NCBI GenBank assembly: GCA_019358915.1
Contig: JAHHIM010000061.1
Location: 1-14,502, forward strand
From: Trichormus sp. ATA11-4-KO1
Lineage (GTDB): Bacteria; Cyanobacteriota; Cyanobacteriia; Cyanobacteriales; Nostocaceae
Direction: 5' to 3'
Length of the DNA stretch: 14,502 bases
Numbering within the stretch: the stretch's first letter is position 1; the number at the start of each line of letters is the position of its first letter. The translations under genes were made by a program, and so were the position numbers. Under the pieces are notes generated by a model. That model searched no databases, was not told the origin of the DNA, and worked only from the letters and a program-made list of their open reading frames with translations. Positions 1-5,288 of the stretch are shown piece by piece.

Positions 1-110
1 GGACAAAGGTCTAAGATTTTAGCTTCAATTTGTGCTGCTGTTACTTCAGCAATGCCTTTGGCTTTGAGAGTGCGGCGAATCGAATCTACTTTATTCTTAA
101 GTTCTTTCAT
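1..110 (-). CDS. Hypothetical protein, 5' part only (MKELKNKVDSIRRTLKAKGIAEVTAAQIEAKILDLC...), runs off the window
   Basis: ATG at 110-108 with AGGAG Shine-Dalgarno (123-119) overlapping the stop of the upstream gene. The frame is open to the window edge. Not in the ORF track. Confidence 0.7.
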   Translation of the reverse strand, partial: MKELKNKVDSIRRTLKAKGIAEVTAAQIEAKILDLC

Positions 111-121
111 TTGTCATGCTC

Positions 122-538
122 CTATTTGTTGCGAGTAATCGCTGTGAAAAAGACGATTTTGCAAGCTTGAGAATAGCTGTATACAGAGTGTTTGCCAAAC
201 TGTAATCCTGCTTTATACCAAGAATTTATTAACATTCTTTCTGTTACATTTGGCTTGATTTCACGCAGGATTGAAAGTATGAACTCTCCTGTAAACTCCT
301 GATAACTTGAATACTTGTTTTGAAAGTTTTCATAAATCTTGATTGCCTGCTTAGTAATTGGTGTCCTGGGAAATTGTGTTTTGAACCTTGCATACATTCG
401 CAAAGTTTTGACTGTAACAACCATTCCCGAATGCTCTAACTCACTACGCAGATTTCGCCACCTACGATTAGAAACCTCGCCAGCTACCGATTCATAAGTT
501 TGTCGGTAGTAAGTTTCTGTTGTTTGTTGCATAGGCAT
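122..538 (-). CDS. Hypothetical protein (138 aa; alternative start at 532)
   Basis: Open frame, divergent from an Xre gene and coupled to the downstream gene by an SD in its stop region. No motif recognised. Confidence 0.7.
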   Translation of the reverse strand: MPMQQTTETYYRQTYESVAGEVSNRRWRNLRSELEHSGMVVTVKTLRMYARFKTQFPRTPITKQAIKIYENFQNKYSSYQEFTGEFILSILREIKPNVTERMLINSWYKAGLQFGKHSVYSYSQACKIVFFTAITRNK

Positions 539-569
539 ACAAGTACAGATGAATTACTATTGGACTTAT

Positions 570-638
570 TGTACACTCTCTGTAGACAGTTAGCAACTAT
601 ATGTAGACAAAATACAATAGAATTACCCATTGGGTAAT
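570..638. promoter_or_regulatory. Putative operators in the divergent promoter: TGTA(G/C)AAC-like boxes and a 17-bp palindrome
   Basis: TGTACAC 570-576, TGTAGACA 581-588 and 602-609 (11 and 21 bp offsets). Perfect inverted repeat ATTACCCA-T-TGGGTAAT at 622-638. Confidence 0.5.
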
Positions 639-651
639 GGCTATGATTTAG

Positions 652-888
652 ATGCAAGTAAAACGAACAATTACAGTAGTTAAAGACTTCCCTGGCTTAG
701 GGGAACGTATCAAAAAAATTAGAGAGGGAGATTCGCGTTCTTTATCCCAGATATGTAGAGATTCAGGGATATCGCGCTCATACTGGCATCAGATTGAGAA
801 TGAAGACTTACGCGCAGCCGTGACGGAAGATATTATCAGAAAAATAGAAGCGATACTGAATACCGACTTAGGGGTGAGTTTTGATTAG
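652..888 (+). CDS. Xre/Cro-CI family helix-turn-helix transcriptional regulator
   Basis: LGERIKKIRE..SLSQICRDSGISRSYWHQIEN..IRKIEAILNTDL is a typical HTH_XRE pattern. Confidence 0.9.
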   Translation: MQVKRTITVVKDFPGLGERIKKIREGDSRSLSQICRDSGISRSYWHQIENEDLRAAVTEDIIRKIEAILNTDLGVSFD

Positions 889-917
889 TTTGAAATATTT
901 CGGTATGAAGAGTGAAT

Positions 918-1183
918 GCCTGAGCGCTAACGCTGACAACGATAGAATCAGCATTTCAGGCTGGCGAACGCTTACAGAACACTAAAAATTCTGTCGCCAA
1001 TTGGTAAAACCTACATTTGCAGATACGTTTCAAACACCATTGCGACATCTACCATACATAGAATGAAACATTTCTGCCAGTGGCAAATTACCTCAAAATC
1101 CCCGGTATTTTTTTAGTCCTTTGACATTTTCAATGTTATTTGGTGATAAATGCCGTTTCGAGCATTACCATCAAATGACTAAA
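918..1183 (+). ncRNA. Candidate structured RNA or DNA element between two convergent Xre genes
   Basis: Stems GCCTGA/TCAGGC enclosing GCTGA/TCAGC (918-961); TGGCG..ACAGAA/TTCTGT-CGCCA (962-999); about 18-bp hairpin at 1135-1179 with two G.U pairs on the + strand. Confidence 0.3.
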
Positions 1184-1253
1184 CCTAAGCAGGATAATCG
1201 TTAAAAGCCTTAATTTCCGACTATGCAGCTATATCGGCTCAATTCTCAATAGT

Positions 1254-1649
1254 TTATACTGCGATCGCACTATCTAATCCTGGGTTATGATTACCCGAAA
1301 TAGGCTTATTTTGCCTCATTTTCTTCCATTTACGTCCAATCGCTAAGAAAGCTGCTTCCATTTCTTCCTCATCAGCAGCTTCAATCAATTTTATCAAGCT
1401 TTGACTGCTATTTTCCGTATCTCCTAGTTGTTCCCCAGCTAAAAGTTCACAGAAATAGTGCTTAGAACCAGGCGCAAGCTGATCCATTCCTTCCAATAAA
1501 GCTGTGAAAGTCTCCTGGCTAACCCATTTTTTCCCATTGCGGAATTCTGATAAGTGAGTAGGACTAATTCCTACGATACCAGCCAACTCCTTGCCTTGAA
1601 CACCGTAGCGATCCATTGCTTTTTTAAATAGCTGGTAAATCTGGGACAT
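1254..1649 (-). CDS. Xre family HTH repressor (CI-like position, divergent from the replication operon)
   Basis: FKKAMDRYGVQGKELAGIVGISPTHLSEFRNGKK is an N-terminal HTH_XRE; helical C-terminal domain; no S24 peptidase motif seen. Confidence 0.88.
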   Translation of the reverse strand: MSQIYQLFKKAMDRYGVQGKELAGIVGISPTHLSEFRNGKKWVSQETFTALLEGMDQLAPGSKHYFCELLAGEQLGDTENSSQSLIKLIEAADEEEMEAAFLAIGRKWKKMRQNKPISGNHNPGLDSAIAV

Positions 1650-1667
1650 AAAGTTTGTTACTTATTG

Positions 1668-1728
1668 ATTTAGCTGTGAGTATATTTTATATGCTAATTT
1701 AGCTATGAGTTAAATAGAATCGAGCTAA
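1668..1728. promoter_or_regulatory. Putative Xre operators between the repressor and the rep operon
   Basis: ATTTAGCT(G/A)TGAGT at 1668-1681 and 1697-1710. The second is a near palindrome TTTAGCT-ATG-AGTTAAA. Extra half-site GAGCTAA at 1722-1728. Confidence 0.55.
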
Positions 1729-1750
1729 GAGTTTGATTCAAATCTTATCC

Positions 1751-1785
1751 AAAACAAACAGCCCCGACAAGTAACTTGTCAGGGC
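1751..1785 (-). terminator. Intrinsic terminator on the minus strand, antisense to the rep leader
   Basis: Minus strand GCCCTGACAAG-TTA-CTTGTCGGGGC (11-bp stem, one U.G pair that forms only on this strand) followed by TGTTTGTTTT. Confidence 0.6.
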
Positions 1786-1802
1786 CATTCAAACCTACAA
1801 AC

Positions 1803-1831
1803 ATAATATGGCAATTCAGCGACTTTCACAA
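1803..1831 (-). promoter_or_regulatory. Putative sigma70-type promoter for a countertranscript
   Basis: Minus strand TTGTGA (1831-1826), 17-nt spacer, TATTAT (1808-1803), pointing at the terminator at 1785-1751. Confidence 0.4.
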
Positions 1832-1897
1832 ACGCCAAAAGACGGAATTTTGGCGACTCAACATGTTGCAGTTGTAACCAGAAGGGGGCAACTGTGA
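1808..1897 (+). CDS. Putative 29-aa leader peptide translationally coupled to rep (MAIQRLSQTPKDGILATQHVAVVTRRGQL)
   Basis: ATG 1808, open frame, stop TGA 1895-1897 overlapping the rep GTG start (GTGA overlap). No strong SD seen. Confidence 0.4.
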   Translation: MAIQRLSQTPKDGILATQHVAVVTRRGQL

Positions 1898-2709
1898 AAA
1901 TTGACGGTAAATTTTACCCATTACAAAATTCCGAATGGGTCACAATCTGCAAAAGCCTTACAAAGTCTCAAATAAGCGTTCTTTATTACTTGCGCTCGCT
2001 TGATCCGTATGGCAATGGCATAAGAATAAAAGCCTCCAAAATTGCCGAGGACTTAGGAATTACTAAACGAGCCGTCAACGCAGCGATCACAGTTTTAGAA
2101 GAAAAAGGTTACATCAACCTAGAAGATATTGACTACTCAGTAAAAGTCTCTGCAAGAGGGTGTTTGTGTGACACTTCATCAACTGTCACAAAAGTGGGAA
2201 GAGAATTTCTCACTCAGGAAGAGAATTTCTCACCTAAGAACGGAATTTCCCACCTGGGAACAGAAATTCCCACTCAGGAAGAGAATTTCCCACCTGAGAA
2301 CGGAATTTCCCACTTGCAGTCTGAAACCCTTGTCAAACAAGAATCTCAGGATTCTAATATTAATAAGACTTATTCAGACTTTATAGACTCTCTCTCAGAA
2401 AAAGAGAGAGAGAGTTTTTTAGATTTCGGTAAGAAGAAAGCAGCCCAGTTACCCAAAACGCCTGAACTTCCTCTCAAGTGGATTGAGAAGAACTTTGAAG
2501 AGTTGCGATCGCAGTGGGAAAAACTTCGGGGTGTGGTTCGCGGCTCCAAAAATTGGGAAAGTGACCCCCGCCGTCAGGAGTGGCTAGATAAAATTCGCTC
2601 CCTTGGGTTCGCGGCATTCATTTATGAAAACGGCAGTTTAGATAAACAGCGAAAGGAATTTTACGAGTGGGCTAACTCTCACAACTTAATTTGGGGGGAT
2701 AAGTCATGA
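1894..2709 (+). CDS. Putative replication initiator (N-terminal winged HTH; lambda O / replisome-organiser-like architecture)
   Basis: wHTH LTKSQISVLYYL..ASKIAEDLGITKRAVNAAITVLEEKGYI; central linker encoded by DNA tandem repeats; SD-like AAGGGGG before GTG; coupled to a downstream Zn-binding gene. Confidence 0.7.
   Translation: MKIDGKFYPLQNSEWVTICKSLTKSQISVLYYLRSLDPYGNGIRIKASKIAEDLGITKRAVNAAITVLEEKGYINLEDIDYSVKVSARGCLCDTSSTVTKVGREFLTQEENFSPKNGISHLGTEIPTQEENFPPENGISHLQSETLVKQESQDSNINKTYSDFIDSLSEKERESFLDFGKKKAAQLPKTPELPLKWIEKNFEELRSQWEKLRGVVRGSKNWESDPRRQEWLDKIRSLGFAAFIYENGSLDKQRKEFYEWANSHNLIWGDKS
2196..2315 (+). repeat. Six tandem 20-bp repeats (putative iterons/origin) inside the initiator gene
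   Basis: Units start at 2196, 2216, 2236, 2256, 2276, 2296, consensus RRGAASRGAAWTTCYCACYY, arranged as a duplicated 60-mer. An AT-rich tract follows (about 2351-2374). Confidence 0.85.
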
Positions 2710-3188
2710 AATTACCTGAACTCTCAAGAGAACCAATCCGCGATGAAGACCAGCCGGGATATCAAAAAGAAATTTGGCAACCGTCCTGGCGCTGCTTCTG
2801 CTGCGAAGACACGGGAATTGTCAGATCCAGACTGGCGGGTATGGTAATTCGTGGCTATAACTTCGACCGCGATCGCTTGCCAATTTGTCAGGCTCCTGGT
2901 TGTAAAGCTGGTTTCAACTGGCTACACCTAGAGGGAAATATAGACATGAGGCTGACGGCGGCAATTTGTCAGGAATTAGACCGGATCAGCCGTGAGGACT
3001 GGCGACAGTCCACACAGCAAAAGTTCATCAACCTCAAGGCGATATCTCAAAAAATGGCGATGCCTGGAAGCGGTGAGCGCACAGAGCAAGATAACTGGGA
3101 AGTGCAGCAGCGAAAGGCAGAAATTGAAGCAATCAGCCCTGAGCAATGGGCAGCTATGAGCAGTGCATATTTGGGAGTTGATAAATAA
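2706..3188 (+). CDS. Hypothetical Zn-binding protein, probable replication accessory factor
   Basis: ATGA overlap with rep; CFCCEDTG and CQAPGC cysteine clusters; no Walker A motif. Confidence 0.75.
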   Translation: MKLPELSREPIRDEDQPGYQKEIWQPSWRCFCCEDTGIVRSRLAGMVIRGYNFDRDRLPICQAPGCKAGFNWLHLEGNIDMRLTAAICQELDRISREDWRQSTQQKFINLKAISQKMAMPGSGERTEQDNWEVQQRKAEIEAISPEQWAAMSSAYLGVDK

Positions 3189-3260
3189 TGGATGATTTGG
3201 TGTCGGTTCAACAGAACAATTAACTAAACCCCCAAGATTTTATTTAGCTAAGGAAGCAAA

Positions 3261-3950
3261 TTAAATCTGACTGATGTATTCAATGAGAGAAGCCTCAGCC
3301 TGAAACCACTCCCCATTCAGTCTAATTTCCTGAAACTGTTGATGTAGTGATTGCTCTAATTCAATAGCTTTTTCAGCCCCGTCTACCTGTACTGACTTGA
3401 TGAGCTTTAAATGGGCTGGGCTAGATGTTTGTAATGACTTCATCCTTTGTTCTACATCTTTAGCCCGACCTATTTTAATCGCTTTGCTATCCAAGTTGAG
3501 GATAAAGTAAACAAAATGAGCCGTTTTAGCCAACTTCTCACCATTAATAGAAAGTAATCTATTGCCAGGAGTAACAAATTTAGTCTCAGGATTTGCCCAA
3601 GTCCTGAGCCATGCAGACACCGCATTAATAGTTAAAGACTTTTGAGCTTTGATAGTAATCAATTCTCCATTGATATTGAGGGTAAATTTCTTGCCAGCTG
3701 CCCTACCTCTAGATGGGACATTGAGATAGTCAGTGTATGTATTGGTATAAGTCTCAGTGTAAGGAACAGAATCTTTGTATCGTGTGACTGTAATTTCCTT
3801 GTGCTTTGTTACCCACCTGCCCACAGGAAGTTGATGAGGAACATTGAAACGTTTAACGTCTTCACTTAAAACCTCTACCCATCCCCACCCTTCATCTGGA
3901 TTATCTGGATTTCTATCGATATAGATAACTTGCCAGTTTTTCCTTGCCAT
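3261..3950 (-). CDS. GIY-YIG nuclease family protein (T5orf172/MUG113-type C-terminal domain) with an unknown N-terminal domain
   Basis: FVYFI..AIKIGRAKDVEQRMKSLQTSSP..LEQSLHQQF..RLNGEWF. Confidence 0.88.
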   Translation of the reverse strand: MARKNWQVIYIDRNPDNPDEGWGWVEVLSEDVKRFNVPHQLPVGRWVTKHKEITVTRYKDSVPYTETYTNTYTDYLNVPSRGRAAGKKFTLNINGELITIKAQKSLTINAVSAWLRTWANPETKFVTPGNRLLSINGEKLAKTAHFVYFILNLDSKAIKIGRAKDVEQRMKSLQTSSPAHLKLIKSVQVDGAEKAIELEQSLHQQFQEIRLNGEWFQAEASLIEYISQI

Positions 3951-4176
3951 GAACCCAAAAAGTAACAGAGTCTTGAAATTATGTTTTCACTATTCCTGTT
4001 TTGGTCTAATTTTACACTAAAGACTAAACTGTAATTTCAATGTATAGCAATTGAAGTAAAGGTTAGGACATCAATTGCTCAGAAAACCTAGACAGCAAAA
4101 GTCTTTCATATCAATTCACGGAAAATCTGATATGGATTTAACCATTGAAAGTTTTGCTAAATCTCAGTTTTTAATT

Positions 4177-4229
4177 GCGTAAAGCCCTGACGGGCATGGC
4201 TGCGCTTAGCGCGGAAGTGTGCCGGAGGC
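4177..4229. repeat. GC-rich mini-hairpin cluster resembling Nostoc small dispersed repeats; may serve as a terminator region
   Basis: GCCC-TGAC-GGGC (4184-4195), GCGC-TTA-GCGC (4202-4212), GCC-GGA-GGC (4221-4229) in an AT-rich background. Confidence 0.45.
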
Positions 4230-4278
4230 TCTATTGGAAATTGCGAATTGGTTTGACAGCTTTGTGGAAAGTGGAGTT

Positions 4279-4632
4279 TTAAAGCCATTCATCATCATCA
4301 TCCTCATCCTCCTCACCAACCAAAGTAGAAACACCAGAATAAGAAACACCAATATCAATAGTGAGACTCAAAGAATGGTCAAAAGCACCAAAAGCACCCT
4401 CACCATAAGTTTGTTTCACGAGTGCAACCAGTTCTTGAACATCAGAGAACTCTTGAAACTCACCCCTATCACCAAAAGCAGCCACCAAATAAAAAGTACG
4501 CAGAGCTTTTAAAATCATGTGCTTGCGTTGAGTGGAATTAAAACTGAGCAGATAGCGCAGTAAAACACCATCAGGACTATCAGCCGCCGGACGATAGCGA
4601 AAGAAAAAATCAACCGATTCTTTATGATTCAT
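4279..4632 (-). CDS. Hypothetical plasmid protein with an acidic C-terminal tail
   Basis: ATG at 4632 with GGAG SD at 4643-4640; ends EEDEDDDDEWL; divergent from mob. Confidence 0.7.
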   Translation of the reverse strand: MNHKESVDFFFRYRPAADSPDGVLLRYLLSFNSTQRKHMILKALRTFYLVAAFGDRGEFQEFSDVQELVALVKQTYGEGAFGAFDHSLSLTIDIGVSYSGVSTLVGEEDEDDDDEWL

Positions 4633-4785
4633 AATCAAACTCCAGTAAATCGATAGAGTTATAGACCTTTACCTGTTTTTCATTCTCAAGTATTCCTAAT
4701 AAGCTTTTTGAAAAAGGATAAAAATCAGGCAGAAAAGTAAAAATCATTAAAAAGGCTAAAAGCACTGTGCTGTATACATTTGAGA

Positions 4786-5070
4786 TAAAACTCTAAAAAA
4801 CTGAAAAAACTGTAAGAGTGAAAAAAACCGAAAAAAACAGTAAATGTCAGAAATCAACAAAATAGTGACAATGCAAGTCAATAAATAGAAAAAAAATGAC
4901 AACTCATGTCACAAACCACATAAAAATTTGGCAATTTACATAGCATCAGAGCCAAAAAAACCAAGCCCAAAACGGCTTATTGCATAGCTTTCTCAACAAA
5001 AAAAATCATGTCAAAAAAGTACCATGATTGTGCCATCCTATGTCAAAATAATGTAAAAAATTGACATAAA
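4786..5070. repeat. AT-rich region with phased A-tracts and TGTCA/TGACA boxes
   Basis: A-tracts at roughly 9-10 bp spacing (4787-4837). TGTCA at 4845, 4907, 5009, 5041; TGACA at 4866, 4897, 5062. Inverted pairs 4897/4907 and ATGTCAA(5040)/TTGACAT(5061). Confidence 0.55.
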
Positions 5071-5134
5071 ACCCCCTCATTCTCCCAAAAAGCGAGTGAA
5101 AAATTCCGAGTAGGGTGTTGTGAGACAATCTACT

Positions 5135-5245
5135 AAAAAAGGGTAATTCATCAAGTACCATTAACTAGTGTACCCACTACACCTTTTTGCCCTGCGGGTG
5201 CCTACGGCATCTCTCCCTGCGGTCGAGACAAAAAGGCTTGTGGGG
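5135..5245 (+). other. Putative oriT of the MOBV relaxase
   Basis: Immediately upstream of mobV. Contains CTAGTG within hairpin TAGTG-TACC-CACTA (5166-5179), reminiscent of the TAGTG core next to the nick site in pMV158/pBBR1-type oriTs, plus nested inverted repeats. Confidence 0.5.
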
Positions 5246-5288
5246 TCTGCGACGCTGTGATTGTTTCACACAACCTTGGGGGGATAGC

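Noticed and set aside
905..985. 26-aa ORF MKSECLSANADNDRISISGWRTLTEH as a type I toxin
   Set aside because: Not hydrophobic, no SD, and a length expected by chance.
2196..2315. 20-bp repeats as a CRISPR array
   Set aside because: Units are directly tandem with no unique spacers and lie inside an open reading frame.
2168..2386. Alternative-frame 72-aa ORF in the initiator gene
   Set aside because: The frame is open because the 20-bp repeats lack stops; no RBS seen.
3642..4512. Plus-strand ORFs 3642-3869 and 4219-4512
   Set aside because: Antisense shadows of better-supported minus-strand genes.
5242..5279. GGGGTCTGCGACGCT... as the left Tn3 IR
   Set aside because: Lacks the internal CGAAAA and terminal TAAG/TAGG, does not match the IR at 7381-7418 and has no AAATT flank.
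5187..5288. N-terminal extension of MobV from TTG 5187
   Set aside because: MOBV proteins begin at the MxYAI motif (ATG 5289 with SD); the extension overlaps the putative oriT hairpins.
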